From Giardia intestinalis (Eukaryota), in assembly GCA_000002435.2 (NCBI GenBank), contig CM018791.1: a DNA stretch of 64,000 bases. One strand, written 5' to 3'. The translations under genes were made by a program, and so were the position numbers. The notes under the pieces were generated by a model. The model was not told the DNA's origin and made no database searches. It saw nothing but the letters and a program-made list of their open reading frames with translations. Below, in pieces: positions 17,711-27,850 of the stretch. Position 1 is the stretch's first letter. The number at the start of each line of letters is the position of its first letter.

Positions 17711-20700
17711 CTATTCACACAATTCTGTCGGTTTTTCCGAAAGGCCAGTGCTTCCGTAATTATTCCTAAGAGTCTCCATGAGCGTGTTCCGTGTTTCTAT
17801 CGCATTTGTTATTTCTAAAATTACTTTGTCCAACTTACTGGTCAATATGTCAGTGTCCGTTACGTTAGCGGAGATCATGAAGTCTTCTTTGGCGGGGCCG
17901 CTTAGCGAACACCCGCCCGCTTCGGAAAGCTCAAACATAGCTCTCTTTGCTGCCATATCTAAGTCTGGAAGCACAGGGATATTTGCTTGCTTTTGAGAGG
18001 CTCCATGTTGTGCCTTTACTGCAGCTAGTTCTTTCTTCAGTCGATCGATCTCACCAGTAGTTTCTCGCTTCATTAGTGTGTGTTCGGCCCGTAGCATTGC
18101 AAGCTCCGAAAGTAGGTTCTGTGCCTCTTCGTTCATCCCCTTTATCGTACGCTCAAGGGTGTTTTGGACACGGATCAGTTCCGTCTTTAAACGCTCGTTC
18201 TCTAGTTTGTCTCCTTTACCTGCAGACACAGCTGCTCGTCGTAGTCTTTCGTTTTCTGCACGTAGCTGAGAAATGACACTGCTCTGATCTAGAATTCGCC
18301 TATCAGAAAGCTTGTTTTTCTCCTGCGCACTCTTGAGCTGCAACTTAAGAGTCACCACACTGGCATCGTCTGTGCCTCCAGACATTTTCCGTAGAGCTTC
18401 TAGCTTATCATCTTTTTCGCTCAGCTGCCTCAGCAAATCTTGCCGCTCATTGTTCAATCTGATGTTGAGATCTGCCAGCGTCTTATTCTCATTCTCCATA
18501 GCGGCAATGATAGCGGTTGTTTCAGCCAACTGTGCAGCAGTAGCTTCTGCAACAATTGTACTTGATGATGATCGAGCTTCCGTCACTTCGGCCAACATTT
18601 TCTCCAGCTCTGCTTCAAACTCCTTCTTCTGCTCTTCAAGTGCTTTGGATAACTGTCGGACTTGCCGCTGCAGAGCTTCTATTTCCTGCTCATATTGTTC
18701 TCTTACTCGATCAATGTCTCGCTCGTACATCAGTGACGAAGTTGCCAGTATGCTTCTGCTCATGGAAGCAGACTCTTCCTTTCTTAATTCTTGAATCGTG
18801 TCTTGAGCAACAGAAAGCTCAGCTTCAGCATTTGCAAGCTTGGACAACAAAGCATCATAGTCCTTGCATTTATCGCAGATAGTTTCTTGTGGTCTAGCGG
18901 TAATCGGGAGAGCAGAGGTTGCTGCATGCGTTTCTAACATGTTTGCTCTTTCTTCTCTTAGCCTTGCTACGAGATTTCGAAGTTTGCTGATCTCCTGCTC
19001 GTGTGCTTCCTCGGTTTCGAGCAGTTCCGCTTGCAATCCTTGTATTTTAGACTTCAGACGCCGAACCTCAGCTTCATGTTCTTGTGACGCCAATTCTATG
19101 TCTGCTTTTGCTATGGAAATCTCTTTCCTGAGCTTGTGCACCTCTACTTCTGCTTCGCTAGCGAGGCTTGCTGAGGTAGCATGTTCATCGGTCCCAGGGA
19201 GGACGTCTTGGGACGTTGGGCCCGTACACCTTTCAATTACCTCTGAAACAGTTGAGGATCTAAGAGGAGAAGTGGAGCGATGAATGTTCTCCGTACTGTG
19301 AGGAGATAGCGAGCTACTCGTGAGTGTTGACGTTTGAAGACCCATCTCAATAGCCAGTTTAGATTCCCTTAGATTGCTGAGCGATGGATCTGGTTTTTGC
19401 TGCAATTTCGAGCCTTTCAGCGGCAATGTGCCGGAATTCTCTACGGAGAAGATCGCTGTATCTTCGCCAGCGTCAAGCTCGTTAGCATCCAGGAAGCTTG
19501 ACTGTTCACGACGTAGATCTGCTATAATAGAATCAAATGCTGTCTGAAGAGTTCTCTTTTCACGCAGCAACCCGTCTACGGTGATTTTTTCACGGCTGAA
19601 TATTCGTGCTACTTGAGATTGCAAGTCGATAATGTTATGCGTAATCGAGTCCATACTTTCTGTCTTTTCACGAATCATTTTTTCTACTGATGCCTTTAAG
19701 ACATAATATGTGTCGCGTGCCTTTCTGATACTGGGCTGGTCGTCATCGTGTATGCAGGTGTCCTGGTATAGACCACTTGATGGGACCCGATGAGACATTT
19801 CAAGAGCGGCAATTGTTTCTTGCATACACCGTATTTCGTCGTCCTTGGTCATTAGTTCTCCCTTCATAGCTTCTATCAATGCGTCACGTTCTTTGACAAC
19901 AGTGGTAGATATCTGCTGAATTTCCTCTCCGTGACGACTTATGCATTCAGTTAGGCTTTCTATGGTCTCTGTTTTTGTAATAATGGTATCAGACTGCTCT
20001 TTTAGTCGTTGCCGCAAGGTAAGAACCTCTTCGTTAAGCGAGTCTATCAATTTTTCTTGACTAGCCTGCGTCTTCATCAGCTCTTTGGTTATGCACTCCA
20101 TATTGTTGTAGTTATCACTGAGAACAGACTTTTCTTCCTCCAAGCGGATAACAGTGGCTTGAAGGAATGAAAGATCGGCGGTCTGGTCTGGCCTCATGGC
20201 GACCTGTAAACGAAGCTTGGCTGATTCAGAGGTGGTGTTAGGTGTAGTGCCAGACTTGTCTGTGTTAGTTACACTAACGGGAGAAGAGAGTGGCTGCTCA
20301 AGCTGCTGAGATAGCTTTCTGATCTGCTTTTCTTTTGCAAGAGCGTAGCGCGTTATGTTCCGCTTTAAGAGCTTGATGTCCTGAAAGGCCTTGTTAAGCT
20401 CAGGATTGTCTACCACCGCATCGCCACCTTCTTCCAAGGAGTGTGGTCTATCGATGGATTGTTCTGGCGAGCAAAGTGTGGCCTCTCTTCTCAGCGTCTG
20501 CGTAGTAGAGGCCGCTGTGCTATACTCTTGACTTTGATATTGGTCGTCTTCACAAAGTGTGCTGCCACAAATAGTGATCATACCAAGAAGCTCTTCTTCA
20601 ATAACCGTCAGATCAGAATATATATTGACTAGCTCGTAGTCATCACTATCACTGAGCTCCACATCCTCATATAAAACCCTGCTAGAGCCAGATTGTTCCA

Positions 20701-23473
20701 CCTTCACTACTCTTCTTGGGGCATCTACATACGGCTTACTATCAGGATCAGGAGCTGGAAATACGGGCAAGGGTAAGTCATCTTCTTCTAAGTGGGACGC
20801 TGTCCCATCATCGACACTCATAGAATACTGCCTACTCTCATCTACAGAGGCGTCGTCTGCATGGCTCTTGTGAAGGCTCCGTTGCAAGTGTGTACGCATA
20901 CTGGATGTGGAAGGAGACAACACTTGTCGCGGTGGTAGCCCAGTGCCAGCAGGAGAAGCGATGACCCCGCTTGTGATGGTAGCGCCATTAGCCTGTACCA
21001 GGGAGTTGATCTCTGCCTTTAGTAGATCAATCTCTTTGAGAAGCACGCTGTTATCCTTAGCTTGCTGCGCCATCTTACGAGTATTATTAGATACTGTCTT
21101 TTCATGCTGCTCTATCAGACGACTATAATTTGTAGACAAAATTTCCATCTGCTCCTTCAGAGACTTATATTTCTCCCATAGAGTAGTAAGCTCTTTATCT
21201 TTGGCTAGAATTGTAAGTTGTGCAATGTTAACATGTTCTTCTGTAATTACCAACTTATCCTTGAGCTTTTGTATCTCGAAGTCTTTGGCATCTTTAGCAT
21301 CAAGGAATTTGCGGGCTTTAGTGACAGCATCTCCTTCCCCGGGGTCTGAAGTCGAGAGCTCTGCGTCTGAGTGATCAACACTTGCCACAGAGCCCCGGCG
21401 ACTGGACGCTCTAGACTTTATGGTGCGGCTCTTCTTCAGGATCATTTGGCCACACATTCCTCGCTTTGAAAGTTTTTGAGAGCTCGTCACTTGTTCAGAT
21501 AACGCGTCTCCAGTCTCCAAAAGTTCTCCTCGAAGCTTAGTGATCTCACTTATAAGAGACTCTATATGAATCTTATGTGCGTTAATGCTATTTTCAGCCG
21601 AATCAAGTTGCAAGGCGAGGCCTGCTACGACTGCTGCAGTGGCGGGATCAAGAGATGCATAATCTTGTTGTGCAGGAGCCTTGATATTTCTTGCCCCTGC
21701 AAGTTCAAGGGTTAACCTAGCGATGATTTCTATCAATCTATCCCTACTCTCTTCCTGCAAGTTTCCAGTATCTGAAGTTGGTGCGAGTGCTGTTGATGTA
21801 CAAGAGGCGGTCTCAGCTGTGTAGAGGTCTGCCGGCTGTTCCGAACGATTAAATTGATGGTCACATATCATGGAATTTGAGGCACCCTTAACGGTTAGGA
21901 TCTCCTGGAGCTGCTTTTCTAATGCGGCAATACGCTTCCTACTAGTTTCATCTTCGGAGTCTCTAATACGTTCTGTTACCACTAAATCATTCGACGATTG
22001 CTCGAGTTTCTGTGTGAGGACAGCAATTTCTGATAAACGACTGGCAAGTTCATTTCGTGCTTGTTCTAAAAGTTCCTTCGTGGTATTCGCTTCTACCTCA
22101 ACGGCTTTCTTTTCACGTTGTAGGGCATGTACCTCTGCAGCTGAGCATTTGAGCTGTTCCTCCAATATAGTAAGGACCTGCTTGTGATTGGCTGCTTCAT
22201 TCTTAAATTCTATTGCCTTCTCACTCAGCTGAGACTCTGTTGCATGTAGCTTTGCCTCCAAAGAGGTGTTCTTGAGTGTAGCAGTCTGAAGCTCTTGCTG
22301 AGTATGAAGAACCTCCAAGCTAAGAGCGTCTAAACGAGCTCTATCTTCTGCAATTGTTTTGAATGCCCCCTTGAGGCGCTCTTCATATGTGCTCGTATTT
22401 GATTCTAAAAGCCGCTCCAGCTCCACCACCCGCATAGTGAGAGCATCTATATCCTTCTCCTTTGCATGATATTTAGTCATAAGGAGCTCGTATTCATTTT
22501 GCAGAGGTAGCTGGCTTTCAATCTCTGCCTTTAGGCGCTCAATTTCCCCGTCTTGCTGGGCTAGCAGAAGCTGGACGTTACTTTTCGCATTGATGATTTT
22601 GGTTTGCAGTCCGTCCACGTCAGCTAGTAGAGCTTCGTTTTGTTGTCTCAGACCGTCCCGTTCTTCTGTCAAACGAGCCACATCAGCAGAGCAGGTACAG
22701 ATTTTATCTTCCAAGCGAGCCATGTTCTCCTTGTACTCCTGCGCAATGGCCTCTATGTGCGCATCTTGCAGACGTGTTTGCTCCACATTGGCCGCATATA
22801 GCTTTTGAAGACCTTCCAGCTGTGTCCTCAGATCACTGACTTCTTTGCTTGACCCATCTGAGGCAGTCTGAGTAGCTACTAGGGCTTCCTTGAGTCGGCC
22901 CAGCTGAGACTGTAACTCAGTAATTTCACTGTTCTTTTCTACCATCTCCTGTGCCAAAGACTTTGCTGAGCTCTTGAATGTTCTATTTTCGGCTAAGGTT
23001 GCCTCTAACAAAACAACAAGATCTTGGAGCTCACCGCACTCTCTGTTAATGTTCCGCTCCATCCAAGACTCTGAAAGAAGACGTAACATGCTGTCGATTG
23101 CCTTGGACTCTTTCTTACCATACCCATCTGCGCTGCAAACCGTTTCGACAGTCCTGCTAATCTTTTTCAGCCGCTGTATGGTCGATTTAGATTTCTTAAG
23201 ATAGTTAATGAGCTGCTCATTCATAAGCATCAGCTCCAAGTATGCTTTCTCCAATCGTCTGAACTTTATTTCAGGAGCTTCTGTACTCCGCAGAATATCG
23301 GTCGCGTCAGTCATATTGAACTCCTCTGGAATTTCTCCTCCGTCCTCTTGGTGAAGTACAGCAGGGGACTCTTTGAGCGAAAATTCTGTGTGTGAATACA
23401 AGCTGTCTCGTTGCTGCACCCCACTTATAGTTGCGCCATTAGCTGTAACTTGCTCTTGAGTGGATATGCTCAT
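17711..23473 (-). CDS. Large coiled-coil protein (~1920 aa from ATG at 23473; the ORF track extends to 23731).
   Basis: Heptad-like E/L/Q/K/R-rich sequence throughout. The internal Met (MSISTQEQ...) is directly preceded by an AT-rich tract (caaaaatacaaaatctgcttcaATG). The upstream 86 codons are GC-rich low-complexity sequence that overlaps the neighbouring divergent ORF. Confidence 0.7.
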   Translation of the reverse strand: MSISTQEQVTANGATISGVQQRDSLYSHTEFSLKESPAVLHQEDGGEIPEEFNMTDATDILRSTEAPEIKFRRLEKAYLELMLMNEQLINYLKKSKSTIQRLKKISRTVETVCSADGYGKKESKAIDSMLRLLSESWMERNINRECGELQDLVVLLEATLAENRTFKSSAKSLAQEMVEKNSEITELQSQLGRLKEALVATQTASDGSSKEVSDLRTQLEGLQKLYAANVEQTRLQDAHIEAIAQEYKENMARLEDKICTCSADVARLTEERDGLRQQNEALLADVDGLQTKIINAKSNVQLLLAQQDGEIERLKAEIESQLPLQNEYELLMTKYHAKEKDIDALTMRVVELERLLESNTSTYEERLKGAFKTIAEDRARLDALSLEVLHTQQELQTATLKNTSLEAKLHATESQLSEKAIEFKNEAANHKQVLTILEEQLKCSAAEVHALQREKKAVEVEANTTKELLEQARNELASRLSEIAVLTQKLEQSSNDLVVTERIRDSEDETSRKRIAALEKQLQEILTVKGASNSMICDHQFNRSEQPADLYTAETASCTSTALAPTSDTGNLQEESRDRLIEIIARLTLELAGARNIKAPAQQDYASLDPATAAVVAGLALQLDSAENSINAHKIHIESLISEITKLRGELLETGDALSEQVTSSQKLSKRGMCGQMILKKSRTIKSRASSRRGSVASVDHSDAELSTSDPGEGDAVTKARKFLDAKDAKDFEIQKLKDKLVITEEHVNIAQLTILAKDKELTTLWEKYKSLKEQMEILSTNYSRLIEQHEKTVSNNTRKMAQQAKDNSVLLKEIDLLKAEINSLVQANGATITSGVIASPAGTGLPPRQVLSPSTSSMRTHLQRSLHKSHADDASVDESRQYSMSVDDGTASHLEEDDLPLPVFPAPDPDSKPYVDAPRRVVKVEQSGSSRVLYEDVELSDSDDYELVNIYSDLTVIEEELLGMITICGSTLCEDDQYQSQEYSTAASTTQTLRREATLCSPEQSIDRPHSLEEGGDAVVDNPELNKAFQDIKLLKRNITRYALAKEKQIRKLSQQLEQPLSSPVSVTNTDKSGTTPNTTSESAKLRLQVAMRPDQTADLSFLQATVIRLEEEKSVLSDNYNNMECITKELMKTQASQEKLIDSLNEEVLTLRQRLKEQSDTIITKTETIESLTECISRHGEEIQQISTTVVKERDALIEAMKGELMTKDDEIRCMQETIAALEMSHRVPSSGLYQDTCIHDDDQPSIRKARDTYYVLKASVEKMIREKTESMDSITHNIIDLQSQVARIFSREKITVDGLLREKRTLQTAFDSIIADLRREQSSFLDANELDAGEDTAIFSVENSGTLPLKGSKLQQKPDPSLSNLRESKLAIEMGLQTSTLTSSSLSPHSTENIHRSTSPLRSSTVSEVIERCTGPTSQDVLPGTDEHATSASLASEAEVEVHKLRKEISIAKADIELASQEHEAEVRRLKSKIQGLQAELLETEEAHEQEISKLRNLVARLREERANMLETHAATSALPITARPQETICDKCKDYDALLSKLANAEAELSVAQDTIQELRKEESASMSRSILATSSLMYERDIDRVREQYEQEIEALQRQVRQLSKALEEQKKEFEAELEKMLAEVTEARSSSSTIVAEATAAQLAETTAIIAAMENENKTLADLNIRLNNERQDLLRQLSEKDDKLEALRKMSGGTDDASVVTLKLQLKSAQEKNKLSDRRILDQSSVISQLRAENERLRRAAVSAGKGDKLENERLKTELIRVQNTLERTIKGMNEEAQNLLSELAMLRAEHTLMKRETTGEIDRLKKELAAVKAQHGASQKQANIPVLPDLDMAAKRAMFELSEAGGCSLSGPAKEDFMISANVTDTDILTSKLDKVILEITNAIETRNTLMETLRNNYGSTGLSEKPTELCE

Positions 23474-23581
23474 TGAAGCAGATTTTGTATTTTTGAGACG
23501 GTTCACCGGCTGCCAGCCCAGTAAATATTTGGTGCAGGCAGCAGCCGGCCGTTTACTGACCTCGGCCCTACGGGTGGACAG

Positions 23582-24736
23582 GTGCGGCATCGCTCGCTGC
23601 CACAGGGCCGGCAGGAGCGGCCTCTCCGCGGGCCGTCCGATCGATCGCCCGGGCGTCCAAAAACGGAATTCGTGGGCGGCGGTGGCAGTCGCGCGTCCAG
23701 CCCCCTGCACTTCGCCCTCAGGGAACTCCACGAGCGACTGGATAGCGTGCCTAATGAAAGCGTCGCAGGTGTAGTCTACTCCCTCAAGGGATATCCGAGC
23801 CTTGCCCTGAAGGAGATCCTCCTCGACGGCTTAGATAAGAACAGTGCAGATGCCATCAGACTAGAGCTGACCGCCCTTCTCGACCTCTCCCATCCGGGGG
23901 TCCTCAGGCACCACCAAGTAGTCGAGGACGAAGGTCTCATCTATGTCGTCATAGACCGGCACGACAAGACCCTCGAGCGCCTCCTCACCGAGCACAAACG
24001 AAGGAAGACTCTCATCCCTATCGCTGTGATCCTCTCCGTCCTGAGGCAGGTCGCTGCCGCCCTCGCCTATCTCTACGGCCTCAGTGGGATAGGTACTAGG
24101 GGGCTCGTCCACCGCGACCTCAGGCCTGCCAGCATCCTCGTCAGCGCAGACGGAGAGCGCTTCATCATCGCCGACTTCGGCCTCTGCAAGGACGCCCTGT
24201 GGAGTGGGAGCACTCTCATGGGAATAATGGCATACATGGCCCCCGAGGCGCTCCTTCACAACGAGGCCAGCCCCGCCTCCGACGTGTGGAGCCTCGGGGT
24301 CATCCTCTACGAGCTTACTACTCTAAGGAAACCGGACTTCCTAGAAGGTAAAGTCCCAGCAGAGGTCTTCGTCGATGGGTGGAGGCCGGACCTGAGCGAT
24401 GTCACTGATGGCTTCATGCAGAATGTTCTGGAGAGGATATTCGTGCTGGAGCCAGAGAGGAGGCCGACGGCCAGGGAGCTGCACGAGACGCTCGCTACAT
24501 TCGACATCCCAGTTAGTGAGCTGGGGGGTCAGTGCGTGATGCTGAGGTACAAGTGCGGCGCCTTGGAGACTACTCTGAACAGTGCTAACGCCAGGATTAC
24601 ACTTCTGGAGGAGGATGCCAAGACCAAGCTGGACAGGATTACTACTCTTGAGGCGGCCCTCGACGCCAGGTCTGCTGAGACTGCCTCTCTTAAGGGCACT
24701 CTCGAGGATCAGGGTAAAGGGCATCTGGCCACGTGA
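23582..24736 (+). pseudogene. NEK-like protein kinase domain plus short coiled coil. No in-frame ATG before kinase subdomain VIII and a degenerate glycine loop. Likely pseudogene, or a mis-assembled or frameshifted gene.
   Basis: HRDLRPASILV, ADFGLCKD, MAYMAPE and DVWSLGVILYEL motifs are present. The ORF is open from ~23525 but contains no ATG until LMGIMAYM. GC-rich third codon positions differ from neighbouring genes. Stop TGA at 24734-24736; the same frame then continues as plausible coiled-coil sequence (RLEAKVMQLSDRMERP...). Confidence 0.45.
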
Positions 24737-25398
24737 AGGCTAGAGGCCAAGGTCATGCAGCTTAGTGACAGGATGGAGCGGCCGACCCCTGCAGTCTTCC
24801 TCAGGCTGATGCGCGCTGCACACAAACAACACAGAGACCGTCCGGACACTACTTGAAGAGGGATTGGCATCAGCAAACGTGACGAGTAGGGGGTGACGGC
24901 CTCATGCACGCGCCCACGGGAACCGCCCCAGGGTGGCCCGGATCCCCGCCCCGCAGAGCACGAGAGAGGGCGCCGACGGCCGCAGGGCCCTGCTGCTCGC
25001 TGCGCAGGCGGGGAACAAGGACGTTGCGGAGCTCCTCGCGGAGGGGCGACCCCAGCCGGTGAGCCAGAGGCCGACAGCTGCCGCCGCGACAGGTGGGAGC
25101 TTTGTTGAAAAGGGTTGCGGAGACCCGCGCCCACCAGGACGGCATACCATGACGCGAGTCCGTGGGTAAGCTAGGCCCTGGACGCGCACACCCGGCTGAG
25201 CACACGCCACACGGAGCGACCGAGGAGTGCAAGAGATCCCCGGTATGCAAGCGGAGAGAAGTCCCTTATGGCAATCAGCGACCAGCCCTCGCCTTCGGAC
25301 GGCCAGGACTGAGTGAGACGCCCGCTGGCTGGGCTGGGCATGGCCGGCGAGTGGAGTGAATCATAGAGAGAGCAAATTAGCCGAACCTATTCCATACT
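24737..25398. other. GC-rich (~65-70%) ~660-bp spacer between convergent genes. Contains an ankyrin-repeat-like remnant (24933-25169, + strand: DGRRALLLAAQAGNKDVAELLAEG) and a C-run/G-quadruplex-type motif at 24926-24952.
   Basis: Many overlapping stop-free ORFs on both strands, typical of GC-rich non-coding or decayed sequence. The ankyrin-like consensus was read from the translation, in a different frame from the upstream kinase. Confidence 0.4.
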
Positions 25399-27804
25399 TT
25401 ACTCTTGGGATGCATAGAACGCCTCCCGTTCTGTAGATTCTTCAATGAGCTGCTTGATATTCTGCATATCTATCTGGAGATCCTCTAAAGAATGCGTGTC
25501 TATCCTTGGCTGAGTCGAGTCTGATAGCTCAGAATCGTCACAGAGAGAGTCGAACCTCTCATGAAATCCTGTTTGAGTGGTTTGTACTTCATGTAATGTG
25601 GCTTTTTGATGATGCGGTGGAAAGTTCCGTTGAACAGGGCTTTGTACCAAAGTTTCATCGTTAGCCTTCACAGATTGTTTAGTAAATGTAGTTGATGCGG
25701 TCTTCAATTGCTTAGGCTTTGCTTCATTAAGGGGATTTTTTGGGAGTTCAACAGAATAATTGGATAGACTAGATAGTGCCTCATAGGTGTATGTTTGATG
25801 AGGTTGCGCCTCAACCAAATCAGCAGGTTTTTTGGTCTCTTCCAACTCTAGCTTTAAAAGGGTGAGCTCCATCGTGGAATCCTCAAGCTCTGCGGACTTC
25901 AGTTTGAGTTGCTCAGTAAGCTCCTTGATTCGTTGCTCGGCTGCAACTGTCTCTGTTATTCGCTGCTTAAGGGCGTTGTTAGTTTGGTTAAGAGCGATCT
26001 CCAGCTCGGTGATTAGAGCATGATCCTCAGTTCGCTGGTCCTTATTAATATCAGATGCGAGCAAAATAGTTTGAACAGCTTCAGAATAGGAAAGTGGCTG
26101 GGCGTCGATCTCTCTATCTATGAGAGGAACGCCGCCGATTAATGGAGCAGTAGAAAGTGTTGATAACCCGATGGATTCCACCAAGGGGATGACTCGGCTA
26201 CTAGTTTCCGAAATTGCGCACTCGCCTATGGCTGCCAATTCTGCAGCGGCGTTCTCAGCGACAGCTGAGGCCAAGGACTTCCCTTGAAGAGTTGACAGAA
26301 GGTCTATAACGGTTTTATACTCTTGTCGCAACTCATTGTATTCGAACTGTAGTTGGTTCAGACGAAGACCTAATTGCTGATTCTCTTCTTTTAATTCATC
26401 AGCTCTCAACTCCATCTCGTGCTCCTTTATCATCTCTGCCGACCGCTCTCTGTCTCTGCTTTCAACATACTCTTGCTCTAATTTAAGCCGTGTGTTCCGT
26501 TCATTGTCTGCTTCCTCCCTTGCTGACTCTAGTGAATCGTGCGTTTCACAAAGCAAACGTTGTAGCTCCTCTAATCTGAACTGTCGCTCTTCGGTTAACT
26601 CTCGCAATTGAACAAGCTCTGTATAAATTTGATTTTTTTCGTAGTCAGATTGCTGAATCATGATCAGCGCTTGACTCTGAACCTGCTCCAGCTCAAGTTT
26701 GAGCTGAGCAATCTCGTGCTCAAAATTAAGCCTCAGAGCTTGTAGCGCACTCCCATCTGTCTGTCGCAAGGATTCCTGAAGCTGCGAGATCACCATGTCG
26801 TCTGTGGTCAGGTCGTATTCAATGTTCGGATTGTTATGCACGGTGGATACTACTCGCGTGGCAAGACTGGAAGAAGCTGGGGTCTCCAAGGCCCCAGTCC
26901 GCTTTGACTCCTCCAAATCAAACGTTACACGAGCAGATCCTAATGGCTTCTTAGGAGGGGGCTTTAGGACAAATTGTGCAGATGAGTCCTTATTGTCAAA
27001 AGCAGAAAGATGCAATGTTTCTTGTAACACGGTAAGGGCTTCTGTCTGCACTTCCTTTGGAACTAGGCTACAAGGCTTTACTGCGACTAATTCGTCCCTC
27101 AGTTTTCTCAATTCCCTGTGGTGTACAGCTTCTTGCTCCTGTAACTGCGACTGTAAGGAGGATATCTCTTCACGATATGTATCTGCCACTAGCTGAATTT
27201 CCCTCTCCTTGCTTCTTTCCAAACTTTGGATCTCCTTCGTAAGAACATTGACCTGAGTCTGTAGCGCTGACCGCTCTTCGTCCCGCTGAGCAACCAGAGC
27301 ATTTAGGCGCTGATTCTCAGCGTAATACTGTTGCAATAAATGCTGTAGCTCCACAGTTGGCATCATGCCCTGGCTCAGCTGCTGCCGATATACAGCGTTT
27401 TGGCCTAAGATGGTATCCAGAGCCATCAGCATATCTTCCCCTGTTAGCTGAGAGGCTGGGTTCATACTCCGCGTCACGTTAGCGAGAATCAGCAAGATCT
27501 TCTGGAAACTTTCCCCAGAGGGGTCCTGGGCATCTGCACCAATTTGTGCATAATTCCAAGACTGCTCTTGTGCGCTCTGGGTTTTCATAGAATAAGGAGC
27601 ATCTCGATAGTCTGTGGCATATAACAAGTCCGGAGGAACATTTCCCTCTATCAATCCTATTGAACTTATATCCGCCATCTCTGACGGAAATGGGGCTGGC
27701 TCTGCAGCAAGCCCAGGCACCGGGATGTGTAGAGGCGTTGCGTCCATGGAGGAGCGGTAGTCTGTGCTTGGCTGCATCCAGACACCAACAAGAATTTTAC
27801 TCAT
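25399..27804 (-). CDS. Coiled-coil protein (801 aa), function unknown.
   Basis: Long ORF. The central and C-terminal two thirds are E/Q/L/R-rich heptad-like sequence. ATG at 27802-27804. Confidence 0.7.
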   Translation of the reverse strand: MSKILVGVWMQPSTDYRSSMDATPLHIPVPGLAAEPAPFPSEMADISSIGLIEGNVPPDLLYATDYRDAPYSMKTQSAQEQSWNYAQIGADAQDPSGESFQKILLILANVTRSMNPASQLTGEDMLMALDTILGQNAVYRQQLSQGMMPTVELQHLLQQYYAENQRLNALVAQRDEERSALQTQVNVLTKEIQSLERSKEREIQLVADTYREEISSLQSQLQEQEAVHHRELRKLRDELVAVKPCSLVPKEVQTEALTVLQETLHLSAFDNKDSSAQFVLKPPPKKPLGSARVTFDLEESKRTGALETPASSSLATRVVSTVHNNPNIEYDLTTDDMVISQLQESLRQTDGSALQALRLNFEHEIAQLKLELEQVQSQALIMIQQSDYEKNQIYTELVQLRELTEERQFRLEELQRLLCETHDSLESAREEADNERNTRLKLEQEYVESRDRERSAEMIKEHEMELRADELKEENQQLGLRLNQLQFEYNELRQEYKTVIDLLSTLQGKSLASAVAENAAAELAAIGECAISETSSRVIPLVESIGLSTLSTAPLIGGVPLIDREIDAQPLSYSEAVQTILLASDINKDQRTEDHALITELEIALNQTNNALKQRITETVAAEQRIKELTEQLKLKSAELEDSTMELTLLKLELEETKKPADLVEAQPHQTYTYEALSSLSNYSVELPKNPLNEAKPKQLKTASTTFTKQSVKANDETLVQSPVQRNFPPHHQKATLHEVQTTQTGFHERFDSLCDDSELSDSTQPRIDTHSLEDLQIDMQNIKQLIEESTEREAFYASQE

Positions 27805-27815
27805 AGATGGTTAGC

Positions 27816-27841
27816 ATTCCTCTCAGCAATTCCTCTCAGCA
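27816..27841. repeat. Perfect tandem duplication of the 13-nt unit attcctctcagca, inside the 46-bp spacer between the WD40 gene stop and the coiled-coil gene start.
   Basis: Read directly: gc ATTCCTCTCAGCA ATTCCTCTCAGCA acgc. Confidence 0.85.
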
Positions 27842-27850
27842 ACGCAAAGA

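Noticed and set aside
23474-23731. N-terminal 86 codons of the ORF-track version of the 2006-aa coiled-coil gene.
   Set aside because: GC-rich, Ala/Arg/Pro low-complexity sequence with no coiled-coil character. It overlaps the divergent kinase ORF. The internal ATG at 23473 has a textbook AT-rich upstream tract, so I trimmed the gene to start there.
23861-25359. Cluster of overlapping 60-140-codon ORFs on both strands in the GC-rich region.
   Set aside because: Stop-free frames are expected by chance in ~70% GC sequence. The translations are Arg/Pro/Ala/Gly low-complexity. Only the ankyrin-like fragment has any recognisable pattern, and it is treated as a remnant, not a gene.
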